From contig MU058824.1 in NCBI GenBank assembly GCA_013265495.1, forward strand, positions 806,001 to 870,000: a stretch of DNA of 64,000 bases, given 5' to 3'. The notes under the pieces were generated by a model. The model was not told the DNA's origin. It did not search any database and saw only the letters and a program-made list of their open reading frames with translations. Below, in pieces: positions 12,395 to 25,645 of this stretch (position 1 is the stretch's first letter; every line of letters begins with the position of its first letter). A program made the position numbers and the translations under genes. This stretch comes from Vicugna vicugna (Eukaryota).

Positions 12395-14234
12395 CTGCCT
12401 CTGACTAACCTCCCAGTCATGGTTGTTCATTTATTGAAGACTGAGGCACCAGATTCATGATCTTTCTCTCCATTGCGGCTCCTGCCATTATCATCCTAGA
12501 AGGTTTCCATGACATGAATTGGATCATTCAACATCCTAGTCTCATAATTCTGAAACTCCTATTTCCAGAGACTGTTATCTTGCCTCAACTTCAGTCACAC
12601 ATTCAAGGACCAACTCCTAGATGAGCTTCTCCTTTTGAAGTCCTCAACTCCCTTCTGGTAGCTTCATGCCTTTGCCTCCTCCAGGCTTTGGTCTCTCCAT
12701 TTTCTCTTCATCAACTGACTTTCTCCTAAACTTTATTTCTGCTTTTCCCTCATTGAAGGCCATGTGGATCACCCTTTCCTTCTTAGAAACTCTCTGAACC
12801 TTTACCACTCTCCTTGAGCTTCTACATTTCTAGCAGAATATCGTGTCTCTTAGTCCACTGAGAAGATTGATCCCTCTGGTGTGATCTCACTCAGCTTGCA
12901 GTAGCTTACCATTTGTTGCCTCTTCTTTCCTCAGTCCCAGAGGATATGTATCCTTGATGCCATTTTCTCCTTTTTCCTCCTGTACCTCTCTACCAGTCAC
13001 CACTTCTCATTCCGTCTATGAAATCTTCTTCCTCAGGATATAAAAATGGTCACGTTTTCCCTACTCTAAAGAAACCCACTGCAGCTTAACCACCTTTACC
13101 CCATGTTCACCTTAAGTAGGTAGCATCTTACCCAAATATCTCAAAAGAGTTACCTACACTCACTGCCTTCAGTTTCCCTCTGGAAAACCTCTTTCAGTCC
13201 TCAACCTGTTGCAGTCTGGCTTCTTGCCCAGTTATTCCCCTGAAACAGCTGTCACTGAAATCCATAATAACTTCCTAATTGCCAAATCCAATAGATGTTT
13301 TTTCAGTCCTCATCTGACTGAACCTCTTTCCAGTATTTGGTATCATTAATCATTCTTTTCCTTCGTGAAACTCTGGATTTCCTTGCATCTGGGACACTCA
13401 TCCTTCTGATTTTCATAGTGTCTGGCAGTTCTATCTCTGCCTCTTCATAGGTTTTTCTTCCTTTTACATATTGGAAGTCACCAGAATTGCACACTGTTTC
13501 ACACTCTCCCTAAGTGAGCTCTTCTACCCACATGACTTCTATTAATACCTGTAAGTCACCCTCAACTTCTCTTTCTCCTTACCATCCACATCGTATCAAT
13601 GATAAATCCTGCCAAATTAAGTCAAGCTTCACCTCTCTGTCTCTATCTTCTGGACTGCTGCAGTGGCCTTCATACACGGCTCCCTGCTTATATTCCTGTT
13701 TACTTCCAGTATATCCTCATACCATAGCCAATGCAATCGAATGAAATATAAATCCGACTAGGCCAAGCCTATGCTTAAAGCCTTGAAATAAGTCCCCAGT
13801 ATCTATAGAAATACGTACAGGATTTTCCCATACAGGGGCTTCCATGATCTATCTAACATCTGCAGGTGTCTTTGGTCTTGCTGGTCAACCCTCCTGCCTG
13901 ATCCTTTCTGCTTCAGCAACAGTTAACTGTAGAGTCCACACCTGACACCACCCCATCCATGCAAGCCTTGGTGCCTTTGCTCATGTAATTCCGTTGTCTG
14001 GAATTCATTATCATTTTTTTCCTATCCTTTGCTTGCCTGAATCCCACTCATTCTTTAAGACTCACAAGTCCTCTACAAGCCCCTCAGAGCTTCCATAACA
14101 TCCTATGTATATCTTCTCAAATTCCTTTCTACTGTTTTCTGTGTCAACCTTTCCACTTGATTGTAAGCATCTCATTCAATGTCTTGTCCCTCTTGACCAG
14201 TCAAGTGCCAGGTATCTAGAAGGTGCTTGGAAAG

Positions 14235-14440
14235 AGCTTTAGATTTGAAAATAAGCACCAGGGTTCAAACCCATTCTCTTCCATGCATTTTCCCTGTTAC
14301 ATAGATAAGTCACCTTCCTTGTCTAAGCCACATTTCCTTATCTATAATTATTCTGTTTACCTTCAAGGAAAAATTAGAGATCAAATGAGATAACATAAAT
14401 GTTCTTTGTAAACTACAAAGTATTATGAAAATGTTTTATT
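14235..14440 (+). mobile_element. MIR SINE
   Basis: cagggttcaaaccc...aagtcaccttccttgtctaagccacatttccttatctataa...gatcaaatgagataac. Confidence 0.7.
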
Positions 14441-15479
14441 ACATAGAATTTGCAGAAATAACATAGAGGAAAAAAAGATCTAATGCAATATTATGCACCC
14501 TGTACAAATTTTAATGAGAATTCTTATTCATTCAAAAATCTGCATTAACATTTTTACATCAGTGTGGTAGTCTGCAAAGGTAATGGAGGATTATCTCTTT
14601 GTTTTAAAAACCTGGTCAATGTGCCTAGAGGTGCTGGAATTGGACTTAGGAAAATAATCAGCTACTGTTACTTAATAGCTGTGACAAGAGCACTCATTTA
14701 GCTTCAACATAGCAGGACATGAATTTTAAGAATTTATAGCATCGCAACTTCTTTCCTCTGTGCCTTCAGACTGTTCCTTCTACCCAGCTCTTCCAATAGG
14801 GACATTTTACATGCTTCTCAGTTCTGTGTGAGAATCAGGCCATGGAGAAGGGATGATTCAGATTTCAAACACCAACCTGATTTATCTTAAGTGAATACTT
14901 GTCATTTAACCAATTCTTTCTTTATTGCTTAGCAAAAGAGAAGGAAAAACAGCTCCATTCTTCAAGAACAACTCCCAATTCAGATAAATGGAATTAGAAA
15001 TAAATGATAGAGTAATCACTAGGCATGATCTGTTCTAATCAGTCAAACCCTTCATACAAAATTGGAGCTGGAAAACTAGTTCTAGGTTGTGCAACAAAAA
15101 ACTAAAAGCATCAGGCAAGAGGAACTTAAACATTTCCCCTTCATTAAGAAGAGGGGACAGTGCAAGAGCTCCCAGAATAGGGAAATTATAGAGGGGACAG
15201 GCAGAGCCCCAAACCTGAGCTTTGGAGGTGGTGCTCTGGCTCTGCCACTATTGATCAGATGACCTTTAGCAGGTTATTTTATCTGGACTTCAGTTTCCTG
15301 ATATACCACATGGGGATCAATCACAAGATATCTTATAGAGTGGTTGAAAAAGGGAGAGAGAAAGAGAGAACTAGGCCTATATTCAATGAATAGTAGATAC
15401 TATTATTTTTTCAAAATAAATAGTAAATGTTATTTTAATTTAAGTTAAATGTATTTGAAGTGAAAATGCAGGTGAATAA

Positions 15480-16000
15480 CAAAATATTAAAAAGATATGT
15501 TGAGGCCAGATTATGCCACTCTTGAATTCCGGGTTACAAAGCTTTGATTTAGACAGTGGGGAGACTGAACGTTTTGGGAAGGAGTATGGTAGGACAAAAT
15601 GACTGATGTGATTTTTGAAGAGTGCTCTGGAAGAAGTGAATAAAGGGAGATTGAAGGGAAATATCAGGAGGCAGAAGAACCATCTAGGAAGCTATCATTT
15701 TGATCCAGGGAAACCTAATGAAGTCTGACCTAGGGAGGTGGTAATGGGGATGGAGAAGAAGGATGTTATTGGGGTAGAAGTGGCAAGAGAGAGTTGTTAA
15801 AGATGCCTCCTGTGCTTCATACCCCTGTGACTGGGGGGACGGTGGTGCTCTTTACTTCAGAAACAGGAAGCATAGGCAGGGAAGTAGGTTCAGGAGGGTC
15901 TGTAAAGTAGTGTTAATTTAGCACTGAACTTTGGTGTCTTAGATGCTGGTAAGTTATCAAGGAAGTAAGAGCCAACAGGCATTTAAGTGTAACTCTCTAG
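15480..16000 (-). mobile_element. L2 LINE fragment
   Basis: gaggccagattatg...gacagtggggagactgaacgttttggga...gtggtaatggggatggagaagaag. Confidence 0.65.
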
Positions 16001-18759
16001 CATCCTGTCTGTCATCAGTATTTTGTTATACTTCATTGGACTATTGGTTCCTATTTCAAAAGAACCTATGTCTGATTTTTAATGCAATCAATAGGAATGT
16101 AGGATTCATCAACAGAAATACCCACTGTAGCTACCGGGCTGGAAAGCATCTCACTATTGAATGATGACTCCTTGGGACTTTCCAGGTCACTGCTGTGCTA
16201 CCTAGGTTAATCACATTTGTTTGCTGATAAGATGTTTGAATCCAGGCAGGATCCCATGCAAACTCCTCTATCTCTTCTTCCTAGGGTGTCTGTGTTCTAC
16301 TCCCCACCCATACTGGCTGAAAACATGAGCAGACTTGATTCTAGTACAATCTTGTTGAACAGTCTGTTCTTTCGTTCTCCTTATCAAAGAACTCAGCCTG
16401 GCTGCAGAGGCTCAGGCTCCCCAGGGAAAGCCATGCTATGATCTAGTGTCACATCCACCTTATCTGTGCTGTACTGTTGTTTCTTTAATTCTTCATCTGT
16501 TGAACTGATAACAAAGTGAGGCTTAATGATCTTTAATCCTCAGGTTCCCAGTGGTGCTTCTGAGAAAGATTGTGCCCATATTAACAACTTTCCAATCTTT
16601 GGCAACAGTGCCTTTTGTAACCCTGTTTCTCTGTTGACGATTTCCCACTTCATATACATCCAAATCCCAGACAAAGGAGTGAGAGTCCCACTGTCCTTGC
16701 TGGTCATATCCAGCTCCCAAGGATATATTTTGTCTGAGAGATGCTTAGTGTATTAATCAACTTACTTTAAAATGCATATTTGGATTATTATGTGTAAAGC
16801 ACTGAATTAGACAATGTTGGAGTCCTCCTCAAGATGAAGGAGACATACAGTTTTTTCTTTTCAAATGAGGTTAGGCTCCCGTGGGGAGATTGACATGTAC
16901 ACAAATGAGACAAGTGAGTCTGGGTAGGGGTAGGCAGGAGGAGGAGGATAGGAAGCTAAGCATGAGTTAAATCTGCAACTTGTCAGCTACAAGACTTAAA
17001 TTTTGTATTTGTATTGAGGATAGGGTACTTATATACCCTTTCTCTACAGAAAAGCTGATGGGTGAGTCCAAGAAGGCTCTAGGGATGGGCAGAGGGCCCA
17101 TTTCAATGCCATCCCTGAGACCTGTTAGGTGTAGAGTGTGCTTTTTAGCTAGAAGAGTAGCCCAGAGTTCTGGTAGAAGGGGCCATTTTGTTAAAGTGAA
17201 AACAGGACAAACACACAAAAAAGTAGCTAAAATACCATATTTAATGATATATAAAGAGATCAAGACAGTGCACTGCTTAAGTAATTGTGTTTTGGTTTAA
17301 ATGTAGAATTCAAGTAAGATTTCTGCTACTTAACTAATTTTTTGTACTTTGTTTTCAGACTGAGGATCTCATTAATGCATCCTCTAATGGAAGATACATT
17401 TTATGTAACATTCTTGGTGTGCAGAATTTGTGTGAATTTATTGCACATACAGTTTACATTTTCTCATTTGATCCTCGTACCCACTTTGCAAACAGGGCAG
17501 GTCCCAGCTTAAAAAATTATGGAACTTGTTCAGTTTCTCCATAACTAGAGGATAATTATCTAGAAGTCAAGGACCATTTTGTGTCTCCAAGAGCAAGAAA
17601 AGGACTGAAATGAAGAGTTTGGAACAGAGATGCTGCAAAACCTCAAAAGCTTTCCTCAGTTCTGTGCTCTTATTAAAGAACAGAATAGCAACCAATGTTT
17701 CAGTAAAGCAGGTCATCTGGTACTACATCCAAAAGAGCATCTCTGATTCTAAAGACATTTCTAGAACCCTAAGGTTCTGAGAGGAGATTTTTAGCATTAT
17801 CAGAAATTCAGAAATTGCTGGGTTCATGCAGAAAAATGAAGGCTCAAGTCCACAGTTCCAGGGCCAGTGAAGGACAAAGCCAGAGGTAGGGTCAATGGAT
17901 TCAATAGATATGAGACCACTGATGTGTGCTCTTCCTTCAAAGGATGTCTTCAGCCTTGGCTGCTTTTATCTTTAGGTTTTTGTGGCCCATCTCATTGTCC
18001 TGACCCTGAGGGCAGGGATTCAGCTTACGGAAGTTTCAAGCAGTAAAAACATTTCTGAGTTCTCTAAGTAGAGACACATCTTTATCAATGTCCACATCCT
18101 TTGTTGATCCAGGGCTGGGCCCTTTAGTGGGACTTAAAGTTCAGTAATGGGGACAAGACAAGATCCACAGGAACTCCTGATATAATGTATTCCAAAGGTG
18201 ACAGTGAGGGTTATGGCAGGTACATCGTCTTGGGAAGAGTTCTCCTTCTCCAGGACAGGGTCAAAATTATGGCCTCCAGTTAATTAAGTTTAAGGATTCT
18301 AATTTAACTAAACTTAAGACACTGGTGCTTAAATTATGGAATGAGATAAAGCATGGCAGTAGTACATGAAGCCTGTGCTATCAGGGAGTGTTGACAATGT
18401 TAGATATTATTTTGGGCTAGGACTCAAGAAAACATCCATTCTGTCTTAGATTGGCCTCTTTTTTCCCTTATGTATTTACAAAGATACACATTTACAAAGA
18501 ACAAAGGCAAATTCACATTTTATTGTTACCTGGGCTTGAGACCCAGTCTAACACAGAGAGCTTTGGCAGGCTGGGCTGGAGCACTTTTCCTCAAGCCATG
18601 TAGAACTCAGGAGCTTCAGCCAAGGGTCAGTTCAACATGCTTGTTAAAACAGGGCAAAAATAAGCAGAAAGAGACTCATCTAGGTGCCAAGCTGGCCTAA
18701 ACTGTCTGGGCAGTAGCCTCAGGACTCTTGCTATTAAATTTATTAGTTTTTAAATTTTA

Positions 18760-19625
18760 TGTTTGAAATCTTTTGTATCCTGAGTGAAAAACCATTGCCT
18801 ACTTCAGGGTCTTATGTTTTGCTCTAGGAATTTTATAGTTTTAGTTTTATGTTTTATTCTATGATCTATTTCAAATTAATTTTTGGTGTGATATGAGGTA
18901 AGGGTTGAGATTCACTTTTTCCCATATGGATATCCAGTAATTCCTGCAACATTTGTTGAAGACTGCCATCTGTGCATTGAATTACCTTGCCACCTTTTTG
19001 AAAATATGTATGTATGAACTCTCCAATCTGGTTTATTGATCCATTTTTCTATCCTTACACCAATGTCACACAGTCTTTATTATAGTTTTATAGTAAGTCT
19101 TGAACTCAGGTAGAGTAAGTCTTCCAACGTTGTGCTTATTTTTCAAAATTGTTTTGAATATTCTAGGTCATTTGCAGTTGCGTATACATTTTAGACTCAG
19201 TGTGTCAATTTCTGCAAAAAAAGACTGCTGGGGTTTTGACAGGAATAATGTTGAATCTATAAAATTAATTTGGAGAAAACTTGTATCTTAACAATATTGA
19301 GACTTGTAATTCATGAACATACATATGTATATCTCTCATTTTATTTAGGTTTTCTCAATTTATCACAGCAACATTTTGTAGTTTTCAATGTACAGTTCTT
19401 ATATTTATGTATTAAATATATTCCTGTTTTATTTTTTATGTTGCTATAGTTGATACTGTTTCTTTGATTTTTGTTTTCTAATTTTCCTCTGATAGTCTAT
19501 AAAAATACAATTATTTTATATATTTCCCTTGTAACCCGTAACCTTGCTAAATTTGTTTATTAGTTCTAGATGATTTTTTTGTAGATTTGTTAGGATTTTC
19601 TGCTTACGTAATTATGTTTTATTCC
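18760..19625 (-). mobile_element. Old L1 ORF2 fragment
   Basis: ttttatagttttagttttatg...atatggatatccagtaattcctgcaacatttgttgaagac...ttcaaaattgttttgaatattctaggtcatttgc, typical antisense L1 ORF2. Confidence 0.9.
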
Positions 19626-20260
19626 ACATGACTTTTTTTTTAAAGCAATGATGTTGCCTGCTTGAATGAGTGGCTCAATTCTTGTCTTGGGAACTGACCA
19701 ATACAATTACTATTTCCTCATCTTTGGGAAAGTTATAGAAGATATCATCCATGGATGAGGGCAAGTTTATACAAAGAATCAGTAACCAGTAGTCACTGGG
19801 AGCCTTAACAGATTTCCCTAATTGAGAAGAATATGAAAGAGCTTGATGAATGCTTGTTCCTCCTTAAGAAAGAGATAGATGGGGCAGGAGAATAAGGACC
19901 AAAGAGAAAATCAAGGAGTAAAGGATTTGAAGGGACTGTAGATTGTACTAGTCATCTGATCAGGAGAGGACTGACTTCTCGAAGCATGTGTCTGGATTAT
20001 GGCAGAGTCTGCTAAGATATCCTACTCTTAATGAATCATTTGTGTGGGCAAATGTTGTCATCAGTATCTCCAGGGATTCTTCTGTGCCAAATAGAACATG
20101 GGTGCTGGTCTGGCTTTCTTCTCTGCTTCTTCAGGTCATTATTTGGCAGAATAACTTGAAAGAAATAGGGTCATCTGGGAAGTGAATGATTGCCTTAAAC
20201 ACATATCTGAGAATGGAAATTATGAACTCTTAGTTTAATATAAAATTGTGATGGCATTTT

Positions 20261-20411
20261 TTTCGAGGATACCTTTATTTGTTGTATTTATTTTCTCCCG
20301 GGGGGGGGCGGTAATTAGGTTTATTTATTGATTTATCTATTTTTAGAGGAGGTACTGGGGATTGAACCCAGGACCCCATGCATGCTAAGCATGCGCTCTA
20401 CCCCTGAGCAG
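20261..20411 (-). mobile_element. tRNA-Ala(AGC)-derived camelid-type SINE, slightly 5'-truncated
   Basis: Reverse complement gctcaggggtagagcgcatgcttagcatgcatggggtcctgggttcaatccccagtacctcc is tRNA-Ala-like with a B box; TSD tgt(g/c)atggcatttt at 20247-20260 and 20412-20425. Confidence 0.9.
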
Positions 20412-20479
20412 TGTCATGGCATTTTAAAAAGAACAGGATCTTTAGAGTTAGACAAACAAGGGTTCAAATCTCACCTCTG

Positions 20480-20915
20480 GGGAATGTTCTCCACTTTCTT
20501 CCAGACCCACTTTCCACTCTTCACCTTGCTCTGTGTACTAGGAGGCTGACATAAGGTTTGTTCCCTTGCTTCTTGTTAGGTTTAGCCAATGGAAGGTTCT
20601 GACAGATAATCTGAGGGTAGAAAGTAAGGTCAGGATATTTATTTGCCCAGCTCTCCCTCTGATAGGTTGCAATTTGGCTGTGGCTTCTCCAGACAGGTTT
20701 TCTCTCCTATAGCTTTCTCTCCAGCTTCTAGTAACCACTGACCTATATTTCCCCTTCATGCCCAAGTATAAGAGAAGCTTTCTGCTATGTCTGTCCATGG
20801 TTTGCTGTAATCACCCTTACAGGTTTTCTGTAACTCTGCTCACACCTTTAAAGTGTCCCTTCATTTAACTTTCTTTAATCTTCTAACTTGAGGATGTCAT
20901 CTGGACCCTGTTATA
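20480..20915 (+). mobile_element. ERVL-class LTR (LTR33/LTR16-like) splitting a MIR
   Basis: ggtttagccaatggaag...gtcaggatatttatttgcccagctctccctctg...cacacctttaaagtgtcccttcatttaactt; MIR halves at about 20426-20479 and 20920-21070. Confidence 0.6.
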
Positions 20916-23018
20916 CCACCCTACCTCCTTAATAACTTTGAAACTTTGAGCAAATTATTTAGGCTCCTGAGCCTTAGTTTTTTCACCTATGAAGTGGGGA
21001 TGAAAAAAATATATATGTAAACAGTACATAGTAGCTACTAAGTAAGTGGTACCTGTCATCATCATTAGTGTAACTATTATCACATGAGGACTAGCAAGCT
21101 CATGATATCCTCAGTGACTATTCAGATAAAATTGTAGAGCTGATTACTACTCATCCAGAAGCATAAGACTGAGGGGAAGAAGCTTGGGAGATGAAAGGGG
21201 AAAGCTTGACAAGGGATTGAAAAGACTTATTAGTACTGTGAAATAGTCTAATTTTGGTTTTTTGATACAAGAAGGGGTATATAGCTTTAGGGTCTCAGAG
21301 ACCTGATGAGAGACTCCTCATACCTAAGTATGGCAAAGAAGGTGTTCACTTTATTAAAATGGAGCAGGTTTTCAGAAGAAGAGTCATGGTAGTGCCACAT
21401 ACCACAAAACAAATACTTGATTGAGATGCAAGGACCTGTGAGTCAAATCTTGAGGAAGGCAAAGGCATAAAAGAAAAGAAATTATTGTTGACATGGGGGC
21501 AGCCTGAAGATCATCCAGCCAAATGGAAGAAAGGAATCCCTTACCCAAATCACAGTTCTGTTTAGGAAGCGAGGTGTATAGATGTCGTATCTTGATTGTC
21601 CTTAGCTTGCTTATATATCATCACTTGATGCCCATTGCTACTCTGGCTGGCTGGTTTTTTTCCTTCCTTCATGTCTCAATCTCTTAGAGGAGCCCACACC
21701 CAATTTTTGTGAAAAGAGTCTTTTAGTTGACTCATTGTTCCCTTCTTTCCAGGGCACACATCTGCCCCGTTGGAGGAGTCAGAGTAGGTTCAGGTAAAAA
21801 CTCCCCATCTTGGTTCCTGGAAACTCCCCACAGACCCTCAGGCTTCATCACTGAGTCTGACTAGTCATGCAAAGCTCTTCTTTTCAATGATCTCTTAGAG
21901 ATCCTGCAAGTCCTCTTACTAAACTTTCTGTTGAGCTCCCTTACCTCGCCAATTATTTTGACTTGACCCGAGTATCTGAATTCTTTCCCCAGGAGTCTCC
22001 TCAATTCCCATATAATTCAAAAGATAAAGTTAGAAACCGGAGGGTGTCAGAGCTAAGCACATTTTAGGTTCTGCCCAGCTTCTAATAAATCCCTACTTGC
22101 CCCACATTTTTTTCCATGCGAGCAGGTAGGTAAAGGGATGAGACCCTCTTCTGTATTTAATTGTTATCAGAAAGGAGAGAAAATTGAGAGGAAGAGCACA
22201 TGTTAGCCAAGGGGAGAAAAAACCCCACTACTTGAAATTCTAAAGTAGTAGATGTCTCACTGGATTGGGAAGGTCCTGGTGTGGACATTTTGCCTGTGAA
22301 ATTGCATACAGTCCTGATGAAGAAGAATTAAATGGTCCCTGAGTAGAAGGAATCCTCTGGCTTCACATCAACTTTCTGTGAGCTCACATCTTCTAAGGAC
22401 ATGACTGGAAACCAAAGAATGAATATAGAGGGTGATAAAGATTTTTGCAGATGACGTCAGAAAAGCAAAAGCTCTGGATAAACTGTGACTTGTGGACAAT
22501 GCTCAGGATGTCATAAAAGACACAAAAATTCTGTTTGGAGCAAGCTAAAGAGTAAAAAAAAAGGCAAAAGCAAATGCCTTGGGTAAATGCTTTCAAAGCC
22601 TTTCAAAAACCATTGGCCTTCATTCACTCTGCCAAGGAGAATGACCTTATGAATGGAAAGGGTAGAACAAATAGGAGCATAAAAAAGAGATCATTGAAGG
22701 CCAAACTGGTGAAAAGACTGTGAGTGAGCATAAAGCTTCAAGCCTCCTGCCCAGGAACACTGTATTCTAGGGAACTGTGAGACCTTGCAAATGAAATTAC
22801 TGAGCCACTTCTGGTTATCTTGGAGGAGCTGTGAAAAATGAGGGATGTGTCAGGAGACTGGAATCAGCTAATCATAGTCATGAGTCTCTAAAGGGGGGAA
22901 AAATAGATTATGTAGAGAGATTGAAACTTAAATGTTTATGGAGACTAGAAAATAAATAAAAAGAATCAAGTAGGGCAGTTAAATACTCTAGTGAGCTAGA
23001 AAGGGCAGGCTCCCTCTT

Positions 23019-24560
23019 TTTCTTTTTAATTGAAGTATAGTTGATTTACAGTATTGCCTTAGTTTCTGCTGTACAGTGCAGTGATTCAGTTATACATATG
23101 TATATGTATTCTTTTTCATTGTAGGTTATTACAAGCTATTGAACATAGTTCCCTGTGCTATACAGTAGGACCTTGTTGTTTATTTTTTTTTGTATATAGT
23201 AGTTTGCATCTGCTAATCCCAAACTCCTGACTTATCCCACCCACACCCCCTTCACCTTTGGTAACCATAAGTTTATTTTCCATGTAAGTCTGTTTCTGTT
23301 TTGTAAATAAGGTCATTTGTGTCTCTTTTTTCAGATTCCACATATAAGTATTATTGTATGGTATTTTCCTTTCTCTTTCTGGCTTACTTCACTTAAAACA
23401 ACAAGCTACAGGTCCATCCATGTTGCTGCAAGTGACATTTTATTCTTTTTTATGGCTGAGTAGTATTCCATCATATCTATCTATCTGTACCACAACTTCT
23501 TTATCCAGTCATCTGTCGATGGACATTTAGATTGTTTCTGTGCCTTGGCTATTGTAAATAGTGCTGCTATGAACATTGGGGTGCATGTATCTTTTTGAAT
23601 TAGAGTTTCCTCCAGATATATGCCCAGAAGTAGGACTGTTGGATAATAGGGTAAGTCTATTTTAATTTTTTTAAGGAATCTCCATTCGTTTTCATAGTGG
23701 CTGCATCAAACTACATTCCCACCAACAGTATAGGAGGGTTCCCTTTCTCCACATCCTCTCCAGCATTTATTGTTTGTGGACTTTTTAATGATGGCCATTC
23801 TGACTGATATGAGGCAATACTTCATTGTAGTTTTGATAAAAATTTCTCTGATAATTAGAGATATTGAGCATCTTTTTATGTGCCTATTGGCCATCTGTAT
23901 GTCTTCATTGGAGAAATGTCTATTTAGGTCTTCTGCCCATTTTTTTTATTGGGTAGCTTTTTTTTAAATTATTGAGTTATATGATCTGTTTGTATATTCT
24001 GAAAGTTAAGCTCTTGTCAGTCACATTGTTTGCAAATATTTTCTCCCATCCTGTTGGTTGTGTTTTTGTTTCATTTATGATTTCTTTTGCTGTGCAAAGG
24101 CTTGTAAGTTTAATTAGGTTCCATTTGTTCATTTTTGCTTTTATTTGTGTTGCCTTGGGAGACTGACCTAGGAAAACATTGCTACAATTTATGTCAGAAT
24201 ATTTTGCCTATGTTCTCTTCTAGAAGATTTATGGTATCCTGTCTTATGTTTAAGACTTTAAATCATTTTAAGTTTATTTTTGTGTATGGTGTGAGGGTGT
24301 GTTCTAACTTCATTGATTTACATGCAGCTGTCCAGGTTTCTCAACACTACTTGCCAAAGAGGCTGTATTTTCTCCATTGTATAATTTTGCCTCCTTTGTT
24401 GAAGATCATTTGACCATAGGTGTGTGAGTTTATTTCTGGGCTCTCTATTCTATTCCATTGATCCATAGGCCTGTTTTTGTGCCAATACCATGCTGTTTTA
24501 ATTACTGTAGCTTTGTATTATTATCTGAGGTCTGGAAGTGTTATGCCTCCAGCTTCGTTT
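23019..24560 (-). mobile_element. L1 3' part (ORF2 C-terminus, 3' UTR, poly-A) of a twin-primed insertion
   Basis: T-rich tail at 23016-23030; ORF 23706-23894 encodes the L1 ORF2 Cys-rich region ([10 protein letters not shown]); TSD aggctccctctt. Confidence 0.95.
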
Positions 24561-25058
24561 TAGAAGGGAAGAGGTAAAATTGTCACTATATGCAGATGAC
24601 ATGATTGTATAAACCCAAAAGACTCCACAAAAAGACTACTAAAGCTGATAAATTCAGAAAGGTAGCAGGTTACAAGATTAACATACAGAAATCTGTTGCG
24701 TTTCTTTACACTAATGAAATGTCAGTAATGGAAAGTAAAAAAAAACAATCCCTTTTAAAACTGCATCAGAAAAAATGCTTAGGAATAAACCTGACCAAAG
24801 AGATGAAAACTATAAAACATTGATAAGGGAAATTAAAGATGACTTAAAGAAATAGAGAGGTATCCCATATTCTTGGATTGGAAGAATTAATATTCTTAAA
24901 ATGGCTCTACTACCCCAAAAATCTACAGATTTCAGATTTAGTTGATCTCTATCAAATTACCTAGGACGTTTTTCACAGAAATAGAACAAATTTATAGGAA
25001 TAACAAGAAACCCAGAATTTCCAGAGCAATCCTGGAGAAAAAGAACAAAGCTGGAGGC
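24561..25058 (+). mobile_element. Inverted 5' segment of the same L1 (RT domain)
   Basis: RREEVKLSLYADDMI with YADD at 24589-24600; ends aagaacaaagctggaggc at the TSD. Confidence 0.95.
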
Positions 25059-25324
25059 TCCCTCTTAAAATGACAGCTGATACTGAGCTTCTATTGGCCA
25101 TTGCCATGCCCAGAAGTTCTAGAGCTTCAGCGTGTCTACTTTAACTTTTACTATTTTTCAAATGGGAATAACTATTTAAATTTAAGAAGTATATCAAGCA
25201 GGCTGAATTAAAGAGGTCAGTAATCAGATGGGGTCAACAGGCCACCAGTTTGTGACTTTTGCCCATAAATGTACCCTCTTAGCTAGGAAGTTAGGACAGT
25301 CTAACTAACACTAACCTCTCCCAC

Positions 25325-25560
25325 TTTTTTGATTGGCAGGGGGCTGCAGTAGACGGGTGCTCTGATTTCAGCCAGGCCCTGACATGGAGAGCCATGTTCT
25401 CCTTGGGGACCTGATGGAGTAGTTCAAATGGAATGTCAATACTTCTAGGCAGATTCTTAGCTGACTTGAAAAACTGTACTCGAGGCTAATGGATTAATAA
25501 ATCAGTACTGAACAACAAAAAGGGCTCTATTCTCTTGTCTCTGACCAGTTAAACTTATAG
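25325..25560 (+). mobile_element. L3/CR1 RT fragment (continuation)
   Basis: GAAVDGCSDFSQA resembles CR1 AVDVVYLDFSKAFD; ends near a GSVLGP-like region at about 25522-25550. Confidence 0.65.
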
Positions 25561-25645
25561 AGCCCAGAAATAAACTCAAGAATTGACTTATGGTTTACTA
25601 CCTGCATGGTACAACTACTTGATCTTGGCTTGGCATTTTGTAGCC

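Larger units (their letters stand above)
11450..14230 (+). mobile_element. Long L2 LINE fossil (RT region to 3' tail), probably split by the LTR at 11841
   Basis: L2 RT-like cagtctggcttcttgcccagttattcccctgaaacagctgtcactgaaatccataataacttcctaattgccaaatccaatag at about 13210-13300; tail at about 14200; the part upstream of 11841 is less certain. Confidence 0.7.
19640..22965 (+). mobile_element. L3/CR1 LINE fossil, 5' part (ORF1 esterase-like segments and RT N-terminus), interrupted
   Basis: 22760-22903 translates LYSREL*DLANEITEPLLVILEEL*KMRDVSGDWNQLIIVMSL*RGEK, resembling CR1 LHPRVLRELADVIAEPLSIIFEKSWRTGEVPEDWRRANVVPIFKKGKK; esterase-like motifs at 20018-20196 and 21104-21352. Confidence 0.7.
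22970..25263 (-). mobile_element. hAT-Charlie DNA transposon (MER102-like) split by L1
   Basis: The reverse complement of the 25263 end reads caaaagtcacaaactggtggcctg (MER102-like terminus); short remainder left of the L1 TSD. Confidence 0.55.

Noticed and set aside
17325..17410. Strong-looking splice acceptor (branch-like ctaat, pyrimidine tract, ttttcag at 17358)
   Set aside because: No good donor or open frame follows; it cannot be supported without RNA data
20340..20411. Possible tRNA-Ala gene
   Set aside because: The 5' acceptor stem is missing, and it has a SINE body, A-tail and TSD
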